A DNA stretch of 63,731 nt, counting the filler, from Collodictyon triciliatum (lineage: Eukaryota): NCBI GenBank assembly GCA_043381765.1. It is 6 parts of 6 records of this genome, joined end to end, with 100 filler letters (N's around TTAATTAATTAA, not from the genome) between each part and the next. Parts side by side here need not be neighbours in the genome. Positions count along the whole stretch, not along the records: positions 13,571 to 27,043 come from JBHJMP010001979.1; positions 27,144 to 40,607 come from JBHJMP010001980.1; 4 more parts are not named here. One strand, written 5' to 3'. Of this stretch, positions 13,471 through 27,483 are shown one piece after another. A program made the position numbers and the translations under genes. A model generated the notes under the pieces. That model did not search any database. It was not told the origin of the DNA and saw only the letters and a list, made by a program, of their open reading frames with translations. Position 1 is the first letter of the stretch. Each line of letters begins with the position of its first letter.

Positions 13471-13570
13471 NNNNNNNNNNNNNNNNNNNNNNNNNNNNNN
13501 NNNNNNNNNNNNNNTTAATTAATTAANNNNNNNNNNNNNNNNNNNNNNNNNNNNNNNNNNNNNNNNNNNN
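13471..13570. other. Artificial contig spacer (44N-TTAATTAATTAA-44N)
   Basis: The 12-mer at 13515-13526 has stops in all six frames and sits inside an exactly 100-nt block. Confidence 0.95.
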
Positions 13571-13687
13571 GTTTTTGTTTTTGTTTTTGTTTTTGTTTTT
13601 GTTTTTGTTTTTGTTTTTGTTTTTGTTTTTGTTTTTGTTTTTGTTTTTGTTTTTGTTTTTGTTTTAAAAGGAAAATGGTTTCAACAG

Positions 13688-16170
13688 GATGGAATATTTC
13701 TTATGAGTTTAATGAATCCGACCTCCGAATCTCCATGGGACAGCTTCGCATGTTTCTGGACGATTATGCAGAGATTCCCTTCAAGGTAGTTCCCCATCTA
13801 AAAAAAACTTAACACTAAAATTGAAGTAAATATTTACAAAGACAAAGAATGAGAATCGAAACTTTTTCTCTCCTCTTTTTTTTAAAATAATAATAATAAT
13901 CCTAGGCCCTCAAATATCTCACTGGAGAGGCGAACTATGGGGGTCGTGTTACTGATGACCATGACCGTCGCACTTTGAATCATTTATTGACCGAATATTA
14001 CAATGAAGACGTATTCAAAGAGACCTTCAATCTGTCGCCTTCAGGAGCGTATTATGTTCCCCAGGATGGCCCGATTGAGAAATATGTCGTGAGTAGTCCT
14101 TTCAGGGAATGAAGAAGAAATGAATTTAAAAGCAGCATCCTGTTCTTTACAATTATGACATCAATTAAAATTCTGGAACATAGGACTATGTTCGTACTTT
14201 GCCTCTAAATGACCCGCCCGAAGTCTTTGGGCTTCATGAGAATGCAAATATTACAAAGGCCATTGGCGAGGCAACCGAACTGTTTTCATCACTGCTTTCA
14301 ACTCAGGTATAAATTGGCCCCTCAGCCAGCTGCTCGTTGTTTGATTTAAAAGAATGATTGGAAACCCCATATGCTTTTCAAACGGAAACATTTATTTTTC
14401 ATGGGATTAAATGTCATCAACATGAAATGAAATCAATCAGGCAAGGGCCAACAGTGGTAAAGGAAAAACGCCTGAGGAAATATCTGCTGAAGTGGCTGAT
14501 GATATTTTGAACAAGTTTCCCTCTAACTTCAATGTTGCCGAAGCAATTAAGAAATATCCTGTAAGTATTCCCAAATGCACTTTCATACACAATCACAACG
14601 ATATATCAATCATAAAAATTGGATAAATGTTTCAGCATTTTAAACAGCACAAACATACGGCTTAGGTCTCTCGATCCGAAAGCATGAACACCGTCCTCGT
14701 TCAGGAACTCTATCGTTTTAATAATTTGATGACAGTTGTTCGCGACAGCCTTGTGAATGTGAAAAATGCTGTGAAGGGATTGGTAAGAATATCACAAACC
14801 ATAACTCATTCTTGCCATGCAACAGTTTATATCGACAAATTTGACTGCGTAACACTTTGCTTGTCAGGTTGTCATGTCCGAGGCTCTTGAAAAGACGTCT
14901 GCGAGTCTCTGTGATGGCCGCGTCCCTGCTGTTTGGTCGGCCAACTCGTACCCATCTTTGAAACCACTTGGTGGATACGTCAATGACCTTTTAGCTCGCA
15001 TCAAATTCCTTCAGGACTGGATTGTGAATGGTCCACCGCCTGTTTTTTGGATATCTGGATTCTACTTTACACAATCGTTCCTTACTGGTAAAATGATAAA
15101 TTGATTTTATTTTAGATGTATTTCATGGTATTCTTTCGTTTAACCTCCATGAAAATATCTCTCTTTGTCTATTGAATCATTTGTAGCGGGTAGTAAACAA
15201 TCATTCGCATCCTTCCTTTTCAAATATTTATATTAATAATAATCATAATAATAATTAGGTGTGATGCAGAACTTTGCCCGACGCCATAAAATCCCTGTGG
15301 ACATTCTTCGTTTCGACTTTGAGATTCTGCGAGAGGATGCGCAAAAGATTAAATCACCACCAGCCGACGGGTGCTATGTCTTTGGACTCTTCTTGGAAGG
15401 GGCGCGGTGGGGTGCAAAGGAAGGAATGCTGGTCGAGTCCAACCCGCAAGTTCTTTTCGAGCCATTACCTGTGGTATGTACTCTTTTTTTTTTCATTTCT
15501 TCTTTTTCTTTCTTTTTTCTTTCTTTTTTCTTTCTTTTTTCTTTCTTTTTTCTTTCTTTTTTCTTTCTTTTTCTTTCTTTTTTTTTTTTTTCTTTCTTTT
15601 TCTTTCTATTTTCTTTCTATTTTCTTTCTATTTTCTTTCTATTTTCTTTCTATTTTCTTTCTATTTTCTTTCTATTTTCTTTCTATTTTCTTTCTATTTT
15701 CTTTCTATTTTCTTTCTATTTTCTTTCTATTTTCTTTCTTTTTTCTTTCTTTTTTCTTTCTTTTTTCTTTCTTTTTTCTTTCTTTTTTCTTTCTTTTTTC
15801 TTTCTTTTTTCTTTCTTTTTTCTTTCTTTTTTCTTCTTTCTATTTTCTCTCAAGTATATGATGAATAAGCAATGGAGATTCAGCTTTTTGATACATTTGT
15901 GCATGGTTTATTATTGTGACTATGAGCTTTCGCGAGAAAATAATATAATCCGGTCGATAACAGGTGCACATGAAGCCGTGCGAGGCCAACCAAGTGCGTG
16001 TGCAAAACACTTATCGCTGCCCGGTCTACAAGACGTCTGCTCGTCGCGGAGTTCTGTCTACCACGGGCCACTCGACAAACTTTGTCACGTCGCTTCTGCT
16101 TCCGACGAATCGCGGCGAGAAACACTGGGTCAAACGAGGCGTTGCGCTGCTTTGCCAATTGGACGACTGA
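13688..16170 (+). CDS. Axonemal dynein heavy chain, single-headed inner-arm type (DNAH1/3/7/12-like), C-terminal part only
   Basis: Eight GT-AG-bounded exons: [131 protein letters not shown]. Confidence 0.95.
15480..15850. repeat. Intronic C/T-rich compound repeat, including (TTTTCTTTCTA)n, in the dynein gene
   Basis: Directly visible; source of the spurious F/L/S-rich ORFs. Confidence 0.9.
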
Positions 16171-16503
16171 CATGCTCTTTCATCTTCTTTTCTTTCTTTT
16201 CCACTCACGAATACTCGCATGTCTGTCGCTCGCACATACAAAGCCTCGTCGACTGTGTACATAAAACCAGAGTTTGTCTTGCGCAAGAAACACTCGCACG
16301 CACGCACACACACACACACAGAAAAGAAAAGGAATAGAATGGAATAGAACAGAATCACAACACAAACATACTAGTAAGACAGAGAGGGAGAAAGAGAAAG
16401 AAAGGAAAACAAGGCACTCTGTTCTTATTCGCCTCCACACACACGCGCGCCTGTGTATTCTGAAGGAGAGATTCCGACGCAAAGGACGGCAGCCGCAGCA
16501 AGG

Positions 16504-17967
16504 ATGTCGCTGGAGCGAAGAGAAGAGGCCGGCCAGATTGTCTACAAAGGCTCAGAGGCCGGGACAAAGCTCTTTGCGGCAGTCCTCGCCTTCATGATCG
16601 CCTTCTTCCAGCTGCTTGACTATCACGCAAGCGTACTCACCTGCACAAGTTCCCGCACGCGGCAGTTTGAAGGACACCACCACGCAGTTGTCACGCAGGC
16701 CGAATGCGTCCTTGTCCTCCAAACACTCGGCAGCTTTCTGGCCCGCCAAGACGCAGCCTCGCACCGCTTCACCACAGACGAGGTTGACTCCGTTTACATC
16801 CACATCAGATACGAAAGCCAAGGAACCAGTAAGGAAAACAAGGTTTTCTTTCGTGCTATTCATCCCCTTTCATCGTTTCCCCGAGATAAGAGAGAACACA
16901 TGATGATAAAGACACTCGCATCTGTGATTCCTCCCCATCCCTCCCATCTCTCCACTCCACTCCACACCAACTCCACTCCCAGCCAAAGTAAATCAAATCA
17001 TACGCACTTGCATGCATGATTATCCTCATAGAAGAAGAAACAAAATAAGATAAAATAAAAACATCGATTAAGAAGCACGAGACACGACGCAACATGCAAA
17101 CACACTCACTGCAAACCTGACCCTGCCTCACAGTTCCACCAAGTCCAGTACCGCCTGACCAACAAGCCGGAGCCACTTACGCACAGAGAGTTCAGCAACG
17201 CGCACGATGCACACGAGTTTCTGGCCCAGATTGAGGCGTACCTCGGCCGAATCCGCGAGCCGCATGCTGGAGAATCCGCGCCTCAGGTCTTTGAGCTTGT
17301 GGAGGACTTCAAAGTGGACGACGTGATCTTCTGGATCCTGGTCTTTGTCCTTGCCATGGTCGTGGTCTACGCGCCGGCCAGCGAGACGCTTGTGTTTGAC
17401 CAGACGCACTACGACATGTACTACGAGCAGAAAAACCTGCTTGGGCTGATTCTCGCCCAGCCGAGCCGCGACAACGGGGGCATGTGCCCGAGCCGCCTGG
17501 GTCTGGGATCCATCGTGCGCTTCAGCGAGATCACGGAGATCAGCGACACCACCACGGACGAGGAACGCAGGCGCGGGGAAGTCAGGCGCTCGTTCTCGTA
17601 CATCATCGCGGTGGTTGTGCGGAGCATCGAGAATCCCAGAGAGGAGCTGACTTACAAGATGCTCGCTCGCACAAAATCCGCGTCCAGCCGCGTCGTGATT
17701 GCTGCCACAATCGAGCGGCTCAACGCGGATCTGCATCGGCTGCAGGCATCCCACGTGCAAGGCTCACCCAGTCCTGAGGCGGCCCCCGACACCCGCGAGT
17801 CTGATCCGGACCGCGGAATCTGCGTGATCTGCTGCACAAACGCCGCAAACATGGTGCTAATCCCGTGCGGGCACATCACACTCTGCATCCAGTGCGCCCC
17901 GGCTGTGGATCAGTGTCCGCTGTGCCGCTCTTTTTGCTCCCAGAAGCAGCGCGTGTTCTTCCCGTGA
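16504..17967 (+). CDS. Membrane-anchored RING-finger (C3HC4) E3 ubiquitin ligase (2 exons)
   Basis: ATG at 16504 and a phase-0 intron ~16843-17133. Two hydrophobic segments (LFAAVLAFMIAFFQLL; VIFWILVFVLAMVVVYA). C-terminal CVICCTNAANMVLIPCGHITLCIQCAPAVDQCPLCR. Confidence 0.85.
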
Positions 17968-18511
17968 TTGGGGCCGACTCTGTGGCGTCAGGCGAGATAT
18001 AAAATGTATGTGATGATGGAGGTGATGGGCTTCATATTTTGATGGTGGCCGCAGTGACGCTGGTGCTGATGCTGGTGCTGAAGTCCTGTGATTTGAATTT
18101 ATCTTTTTCTTTTTCTTTTCTTTTTCCCTTTCTTGTTCATCACAAATTAGTACTAGACTCGTGCTGGCGGGGTAAGGACGTCGTGTGATGGGGAGTGGTG
18201 ATGGGGAGTGTGATTAATCGCGCTTCGGTTCCGGGCTGCTGTTGGGCAGGGACTCGGTTTCGGGCTTTGGGGGCTTTGCTTCAGAAACGTTCGCGCTTTG
18301 TATTTGCTCTCCTGTAAAGGTTGGTGTTATTGATTAAAGGATGTGATTGCGCATCGAGGAGTTCTTCTCGAGGGTGTTTGCATTTGGTCTGCTCGTATGC
18401 GTACCAGTGGTGAATTGCGTGTATGCGAATCAGAATAGAGTGCGATTCCGCCGCGAGTTGGTGAAATATATATATATATATATTCTGGGACTGTGGCAAT
18501 GGTTGGCTTCA

Positions 18512-21500
18512 CTAACCGATATGCAACATATTTCGCAGGTCGTGCGAGAGCTTTTCGGCAGAGGTTTCGGTGGAGGTCGGTGGCGTCTCTTTGGTTTTGA
18601 TGGTGATAGAGAGCGGTGTAACGGGCTTCGGCGATGGTGTCTGTGTTTGAAAATGATTGAGAGTGATTGAGAGTGATTGAGAGTGATTGAGAGTGATTGA
18701 GAGTGATTGAGAGTGATTGAAAATGATTGAGACTGATTGAGACTGATATTCGTATATTACGTGTTGGACGCGTGGGTTAGCTGGTACTTTAGCCACAGGA
18801 AATAAGTGAATAATAATAAAGCGATATTCAGGAAAGTACTCGTAACATATATGGAAACGTAAATAATCACATGGAAAATACTACTAATAATAATTATAAT
18901 AATATTTAGAGAGAGAGAGAGAGATACAACAGCTTTCGAAGAATGGCTCATGGTTTAAAGGGTGGACAAATATTACGGCTATGGTTTGCTCCTTTGGATG
19001 AATTCAATTGTGCCGGTTGCGATTTTGGGGATTGGCCACTTGTAAATGTTGCTGCTGGTGCTGTTGATGGTGATGATAGTGCTGGTGCTGTTGAAGACGA
19101 GGACGTGGACGAAGGACCTGATGAACGCTCCTTCAGTCTGAAAGATGTATGAAAATTAATAATTCCACGAATTGTAGGAACGACGTGTCGCCCAAGAGAA
19201 TGAAACTATCCCATAAACGCCTTTGTATCTGGGATCATCTTTCGAGAAAAAGAAATCAGGACGGGTAAATGTTTAAATTTTGATATTGTACTTTCCTTGT
19301 GTTTGCCAATTAGATGGAGGCGCGGGTTTGGGCTTTGGCTGTTGGAGGAAAATATAAATATATGTATGAATGAATAAATAGATAAACTGAAGAGGTGAAA
19401 AGACTTCTTATTCTTCTGAAATTATAGAATACATTATTTCCTGCTGCCCATGAGAGAGGAAGTGGACCTGGTGCAGGCGATGCAGAAAACTCCTATAAAC
19501 CATTAATTTATGTCATCGTTTGCATGGTCATCGTTGTAGGTTTTCTTATGGCGGAAAACTAAATATAAGTTTTTTTTTAATGAAATCCACTAACTATGAA
19601 ATCGTAAATTGTTACAGGAAATATAATTACTTTTTGGCCGTACTGTGATACTGTGCGAAGCACTTGACTTATATTGATAAGATTCTTCACATTAACCTCT
19701 CCACCCCGCATTACTGAGCATCTAAAATAAGCAGTTATTATTCGCTCCTTCCCTTAAAACACCTGAAGCAGTTCGCAAATGCAAAAGTAATATATAATAA
19801 AAACAAAAGGCGTATTATACCTTCCATTCAGATTTGTGCCTCCGAGGAAAGGAGTGTCAAAAATTATCTCGACGAGATTAGCAGATGGGCTAGATATGTA
19901 TTTAAAATAAATGTTACTTTGGCTTTTTCTCATCAAAAATTAATTCCTGTATGTTGCCGAACCAGAACAAGAAACAAACAACGAAATACATAAATCATAT
20001 AAATAAAGGAGAAAACTATGAAAGGAGCACGCACTTTATTCCCACAACCACACCGGGCAACCCAAATGGAATGGCACTGTCCCCAGCATAAACAACTCGG
20101 TCAATTAGCTGCATTTCTGAAATCAAAGGAATCCTATATATTTCCATTACATTGATTAGGGTGTGAGAACCTCAATTAGAACTCACCCGCTCCACACCGT
20201 AATTAGAATTTTTTGTGGCGGTATATGGCGGATTTCAACGAGGAGTGTTTTTTTTCTCTCGATCTGATATGACACAGGGGGAAAAAAAATGGTTACATGT
20301 CTTTCGGGACAAAAGCGTGTGATGGACATAGGAATGCCTCTTGTATTGATTCGATTCTCTTCAAGGGCCGATTGCGATTTCTGCGATTGAATCTATAGAG
20401 ATACATATATTAATCAAATATTATCTCAAAGATAAATGTAAAAAATAAAATAGCATCTTATTATTAGGATGGAAAGCCGAAAGGGGGAATTTGGTCAGAG
20501 AAAACATAAATTCTGGGGGACCATTCATGTGACTTACTCGTCCAATACTTTCTGGATAATTGTGGATTGCTTCACAGACATCCCAAATGAGCCGAATGGC
20601 GACAACGGGAGCTTCGATATGGGTAATGACTCAATCCAGCCTTTGACATCGGAGATATATTCCTAAAAATTGCAAAGGCAGAATCATTGAGGAGGGGGGA
20701 AGGGGCATGTGGAACTGATTATAGGCATGTGATTGAGATGGTTTGAAGATATGATGCTACTGAGGAAAAGTTGTAAATCATCAGCCAATATCGAGCATAA
20801 AATAAACCTCGGCTTTATCCTTAAGCACAGGAGTCAAATCGATAAACATGTCACTTGAATCTTCCAAAAGTCGGGTTACTTCACGAATTCTGTTTAAATA
20901 CTGGGCAATAATCTCAATTGCAGATTCAGTAAACACCCATTCCGGTCCTCTTTGACCAGGCCTTTCATCCCGCTCTACATATCCTCCCATCTAGTGAGTC
21001 CATTTGTCGATAGTATATAACATTGAGTCAAGAAATGCGCAAGACATAAGCAATATAAGAACCGGAATTCATATACCTGTTTCCAGAACAAACAAACAAA
21101 CAAACAAACAAACAAACAAACAAACAAACAAACAAACAAACAAACAAACAAACAAACAAACAAACAAACAAACAAACAAACAAAAGACAAAAGACAAAAA
21201 ACAAAAAACAAAAGACAAAAGACAAAAGACAAAAGACAAAAGACAAAAGACAAACAAAAGAAAAGGAGAAAAGAGAAAAGAGAAAAGAGAAAAGAGAAAA
21301 GAGAAAAGAGAAAAGAGAAAAACCTGAAGTTCTTTCCCAGTGAATTTCATTCGCAAGCCGATATCAACTTTGCCAGGATTAACATTCACAGAACCCGTGA
21401 TTTTGGATAAAAGTGTGGAGCGCACTCTTAGAATAGAGCACGTTTCACCGAATGTCTGAATATCAAGCATTTTATGAGTAACATATATAATCATCGAAAC

Positions 21501-24500
21501 CCATGGAAATGTATGGGAAGTTCTCAAGTAATATTTGAGTACATGAAATTGGTCCATATATCCCTCGAGAATTTTCGGATCGATATCTCTACAGTCCTTA
21601 CATCCAACAGAATAATTGCCATTCTCACTATCTATCACATCAACCCTGAAGAGAGAAATAGTGCATGTTTGGGAAGGTATTTGGAACGCTATTGTAAGAT
21701 GATTACTATGAAAAAGTTTAAAAACTTCAAAAGAAAAGGAAAAGAGTAAGGAAAAGAGATATTCACGTGCACAAAATGATAGACGATGACGAACTGATCC
21801 GAATTTTTTTGAATTTTCCATTTGAGTATAAGATTTGGGAGATATCGCAGTTTTGTGCTTACATTCTCCCGAACAGAAAGAAGTTCTTTCGCTGAAGAAA
21901 AAGGACTGATGACCCAATGCTGATTTCTTTCCTAGGTGGAGAATGTATGGTGTCCTGCACGGACACAGACTCTGGTCGAAGAAGGCTGAACGGCACGTAG
22001 CTCAGAAAGTCTAGATAGCCGACAATGGCAATGCCTTCAGGGGTTATTTGGAATCCATCGAAGTGCTGAACAGTGAACAAGTACTTGATCTAGACAAGAG
22101 GATAACTTCAGTATCGTACTCTATACATATGGCTACATTTAAGACAATTTAAAAGTACGCAAGTTTTTTCCTACTTTATTTGATTCAAATGTTAAAAATA
22201 TGCGAGTCATCAGTCTAGATTTGACTCTTTCCTACTGTGATAATTGTTGGGGGATATAAAATACCGTTTTAATTCTGATGCCTTGCTTCGATTCCAAGTT
22301 GATCTTTTGAAAGGCCAAATTTATAATTATAAGAATTGTATAGAAAACTATGAATTATCCAATCAGTTATTGTGAATCGTAGGATGTGCTTATGAATGTA
22401 CGAACAGAATTCATTTCAAGAGAAATATGAATATTAAGAGGATAAAAATATACCAGAACTTTTCTTGATTCACTACCATACGTGGCCATCATATCAGTGG
22501 ACAGGGCTGTTCTTTTGATTGCCCCACTCGAAGGGTCCCACTCAGAATACACCAGTCCGTCGCAGTGTGAGATGATTTTTGCCTTTATGCAATTCATAAT
22601 AACAATAGTAGTGACAAATGTGTCGGAAAAAAAGGGTGTGTGTGTTGGGGGGGGGGGGGGGNNNNNNNNNNNNNNNNNNNNNNNNNNNNNNNNNNNNNNN
22701 NNNNNNNNNNNNNNNNNNNNNNNNNNNNNNNNNNNNNNNNNNNNNNNNNNNNNNNNNNNNNNNNNNNNNNNNNNNNNNNNNNNNNNNNNNNNNNNNNNNN
22801 NNNNNNNNNNNNNNNNNNNNNNNNNNNNNNNNNNNNNNNNNNNNNNNNNNNNNNNNNNNNNNNNNNNNNNNNNNNNNNNNNNNNNNNNNNNNNNNNNNNN
22901 NNNNNNNNNNNNNNNNNNNNNNNNNNNNNNNNNNNNNNNNNNNNNNNNNNNNNNNNNNNNNNNNNNNNNNNNNNNNNNNNNNNNNNNNNNNNNNNNNNNN
23001 NNNNNNNNNNNNNNNNNNNNNNNNNNNNNNNNNNNNNNNNNNNNNNNNNNNNNNNNNNNNNNNNNNNNNNNNNNNNNNNNNNNNNNNNNNNNNNNNNNNN
23101 NNNNNNNNNNNNNNNNNNNNNNNNNNNNNNNNNNNNNNCCCAAATGCCGTGATGGTCCTAACCTTATCGTAAATGGATTGAGCGCCGACGGATACAGGAA
23201 GTTTTCTGGAAGTGGAAAGGGAGTGTATGTGGCAACTCTGACCCTTGCAGACTACAATTGAGATATATAAAGTTATAATATATAGAGTTTTATGTATGAA
23301 AAACATCATCGTTCGTAGCGTAGTGCAATTCCATGCTGTGACATTATGTAAGCATGTATTATTTATTCCCTCTATTCGATTTAAAGACGTTGCATGTGTA
23401 TTATGTTTTAAAAAATTACATTCAGATCTCGAAGTTGTTCAGGTATAGGTGAAGCAGTATTTCTCGAAGAAGATGGGTCATATCGAAAAGCCATACTTTG
23501 CCCATGGACATTTCTTATGTTGTAGCAAATGAGATTGGGTTGGATTTCAAGAGAGATATAGTTTTTGAGACATGGAAAAAAAAGCAATTTAATAAATAAA
23601 TAAATAAATATTTTTTTAAAAAAACCTTCTTAAATCCGTCTCACTAAACTCGGATATTGGAATGGATTCGATGCAAGCAGTTAGTTCGCCCCAATCGATA
23701 AAGGGAATAACCACAACAGCCTTGATTATTATTACACTTGTTACTTTTAAGGAATGTGCATGATTAAACTCTAAGAGTTTAGTTAATAAAGATTCTGATT
23801 CCATGTCACAATGATATAATTGGTAACTTTTCTTTTAGGATGCATGATAATGCACTAAAAGGTTGTATTTGAGTTCCAACGACAAACCTCCCAGTCATTT
23901 TTCTTTCCATTCATATCAATTTCAAAGATTCGGGGGTAGTACTTAATGATGGGAGAATCTAGACAACTAAATGTTAGGTCATTCAGGGAAACTATGCGTG
24001 TCAGCAAAATAAAAACCTTCAGAAGTCATAAGTCTTCTGAATGGTGCTGGGAGGAGTCGACAGCTGAAAGGCGGTAATACTGCCAGCAATTGCTATAATA
24101 AATGCAAACATTCAGATTTAACTTGCAGATATTTTCATTCTTTGGTATATAACCAAGAAATGAACAAGAAAAGTAATAACCTTCCATGGCAAAACAGCTA
24201 CACCTTTCTGAAACTGAAACGGCTCTTTTGGTAGGTTTACCATATCTGTAAATAATTCGTGGTGTTATGGAACTGCTATATAAAGCCCTCACCTTTGTTT
24301 GTGAGAAGAAAAAAAAAAGAAGCTATCTGCAGCATAAGTAAACAGGAAGAAAAATGAAACGAACATACGCAGTACACCATAAAAGAATTCGTAGAACAAA
24401 AGATATGTAAAGTAGAGTCAGTGAATAGGACAGTTACACTAACCGGATGCAAAAGGTGCATAGTGGAAGGGATAAAACCAATCCCAAGAGGGACATCCTT

Positions 24501-26882
24501 GGTAGTAATATTTTGCTACCCAACAAAGTCCTTTTGCATACTCCAAAGCTAAAGTACGGACAAAGTCTGGGTTTTCTGTGTATGCAGACTCGAATTTCTC
24601 GGTATAGTATGCCGCGTTTATGTCCTGCATTTCTTCTGGTGTCCTGTATCATGAAAATAAATAAATAATATATGTGTGCTGGGTACACTTAACCAAATAC
24701 GATATGAATGTATGTATCAAATTATAGTGAAAGGCTCAATAAACCATGTGAATGCAAATAGCTTAATTGAAAGTATATAAAATGGTGAATTTGTAATAGA
24801 ATATCAACAAACATTCCTTCACCCATGTCTGTTTCATCATCTAAATCTGCTTGGTCCGCATCCTTTCATAAAAGTTGGTAATATAAGTTGACATTAATAG
24901 ATGCCTTTTTTTTTCTCTGTTATCACAGAAAATTATTGCAACATGAAACAATGAAAAAAATTCTCCTGCATTGGTATACGTTTGTTTGTGATGAAATCGA
25001 GCCGCCAGCTAACGGTTTCTTTTCAGTTTTCTTTTTCTTCTCATTCAGCTTAGCTTGGAAGGAAGGCAGTTTCTAGATTCATTAATTTCAGAGCCGGTAT
25101 TTTTTCACATTAAACCCCGAAGCAAATTAATATAGTTCTGAGGTTAAAAAAATATCTGTACACCCAAGGACTAAGGGTCAGAATAATTATCTAGTAAAAT
25201 GTACCTCAAAGAAGATAGAAAGACCTTTCATGTTTATAGTGCCTGCGTCTTGAAGATACTCTTTTGTCTCCGACAAGTAAATGGGATATATTTCCATGAG
25301 CAGATCCAATGTTCCATGGGCGATATCGAACCGAGGCAAGTGCGGAAGAAAGTCGTTTCCAACGAACATGATTAACAGGACAATATCATCGATGATTCTT
25401 TCCTTGTCCCATGTAAATTCTGTGATGAGATTACCGACATCCAGAGTGATATAGTCACGCAGTAATGATAAGTGCAGCAAGTGGAAGCAAGTTTCGTTCT
25501 CAGTAGTGGAGGCAAGTTTGAAGTTTTGCTTTAATTTAGGGTATAGTTTATAAGCGAAGATAAGTATAGGCAGAATTATTGAATATATGCCATTGTAATA
25601 TCGGAATATGTTCATAAATGATGAAAAATAGTGACAAAATGATATTGAAAAAAAATTCCATATCATACTATATCAACCTTTTTGCTTCTTGGACCTTGCG
25701 ATGTAATAACTTCTCTGAGCAGAGCAAAGTTTGGTTCATGTGAAGCAAGTCCGAGCATGATGAGATCTGCATCTAAACCGTACAAACAATGACGTGTGCT
25801 TGGGTTGTATTCAGGGTCGAGCTTCTGATTGCGGATGAAATCCATAATTTTGTGTTCACCCTCTCCTGGAACCTAAAATAATACGGTTGTTGAATTAAAT
25901 CGGTTGACCTTTTTTTTTTTGAAGTTCTTTTCTTATAATGGAGAAAGTTTTAAAAAAAAACCAGAAGAAAATATTGTAAATAGTATATAAATGTATTGGA
26001 AAGCGCCACGTTATTGCTCTATTTATTTCATTTTAAAAAATGAATTGAACAATTTTTTGTACAGAAAATTACAAGGTGCGAAGAGTAAATAATTGTTGGA
26101 GCCTTCCACAAAGGGTCCTCGTTCACTTTCTTTTGGATAAAGAATTCCAAGTAATTGGAGAGTTTGTCCATAAACTCAGTTCCAGGCGTGATGCAGTTGC
26201 TATCAAACAACTCCTTTGGAAACTTCGAAGTCTTTGATCTGTTTTATATGAAGAATTAACTAATTTTTTTTATCAAGTATCAACTCGTGCCATATAATGA
26301 GCCCAATAAAAAAAATAATTCTTTTCCTTTATTTGAATCATAAATGATTATAATTATAATAGTTCGGATTAATATTTGTAATTCAAGTAGAGAAAATATG
26401 ATCCAGAATAATATTATGACCAAGAAAAAAAAGAAGAAGAGGAAAAATAATGAGGAAACCCCACAGATTCATGGCATTTTCGGTGGCCTGAGCTGATCTG
26501 AATCGACGAGACCTTTGCTGGTTCATTTTTGCTCGTGGGGCGGGACCTGTATGTATAAGATTAGAATGAAAGGATAAAGCTAATTCATGCTCTTTTCATT
26601 CATTTACAAACGTTGAGTGTGATTATTATTTTTTTTTTGAGAAAGGAATTGACGGGGGATTGTAGAGGAAATTCGGAATGAAATGAATGACAAATAAGTA
26701 ATTCGAACCATCAACAGCCAGGAAGAAATATTTTTTCGGCTTAATGATACGAATGAGCTGGTCGATGTAGCTGAATACGTCGAGAAAAACTTCAGTCTCA
26801 TCCATAGCGACATTTTCTTGGGCAGAATCGGATGGGTGAGAGCAGTTGTGAATGATACCATTCATGTCCAGGTACAGATTAT
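18512..26882 (-). CDS. XRN1: 5'-3' exoribonuclease 1 (multi-exon; first exon(s) missing, internal gap 22662-23138)
   Basis: [106 protein letters not shown]. Long XRN1-type C-terminal region including [21 protein letters not shown] and [14 protein letters not shown]. Confidence 0.95.
18654..18740. repeat. (GAGAGTGATT)n decamer repeat, probably intronic in XRN1
   Basis: Directly visible between a GT donor and a CAG acceptor on the minus strand. Confidence 0.85.
21086..21320. repeat. Compound (AAAC)n/(ACAAAAG)n/(GAAAAGA)n intronic repeat
   Basis: Directly visible. Confidence 0.9.
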
Positions 26883-26921
26883 CTACACGATGTACAAATA
26901 AATAATAAAAAAAATAAGTAA

Positions 26922-27043
26922 AAGTAATAGTAATAGTAATAGTAATAGTAATAGTAATAGTAATAGTAATAGTAATAGTAATAGTAATAGTAATAGTAAT
27001 AGTAATAGTAATAGTAATAGTAATAGTAATAGTAATAGTAATA
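26922..27043. repeat. (AGTAAT)n microsatellite at contig end
   Basis: Directly visible. Confidence 0.95.
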
Positions 27044-27143
27044 NNNNNNNNNNNNNNNNNNNNNNNNNNNNNNNNNNNNNNNNNNNNTTAATTAATTAAN
27101 NNNNNNNNNNNNNNNNNNNNNNNNNNNNNNNNNNNNNNNNNNN
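27044..27143. other. Artificial contig spacer
   Basis: TTAATTAATTAA at 27088-27099 within 100 nt. Confidence 0.95.
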
Positions 27144-27483
27144 TCTTTTTTCTTTTTTCTTTTTTCTTTTTTCTTTTTTCTTTTTTCTTTTTTCTTTTTT
27201 CTTTTTTCTTTTTTCTTTTTCTTTTTCTTTTTCTTTTTCCAATAGTCGCTATTTTTTTCATCACTAAACATCGTGCAAAATTATACAATCTTGAAAAGAA
27301 ATTCAAGTGCACCAGAATTTTTATAACCTATGGTATTTACCATCCACTTGGTTAGCAATTATTTTTCACATATTATTGAAGCTTCCGATACGTTTCTTAT
27401 TTTGAAGATGCGAACTATTACTTTGGTACGAAAATAAGTAAACGGCCCCTCATGATAGTTGATTATTTAGTGATAAATATACG

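Noticed and set aside
13515-13526. Recurring palindrome TTAATTAATTAA as a biological motif
   Set aside because: It always sits centred in 100-nt N blocks, so it is an assembly linker.
18654-18740. Decamer and other tandem repeats as a CRISPR-like or telomeric array
   Set aside because: There are no unique spacers or cas genes, and the repeats are intronic simple repeats in a eukaryote.
22367-23309. ORFs spanning the N run
   Set aside because: They are artefacts of translating a sequence gap inside XRN1.
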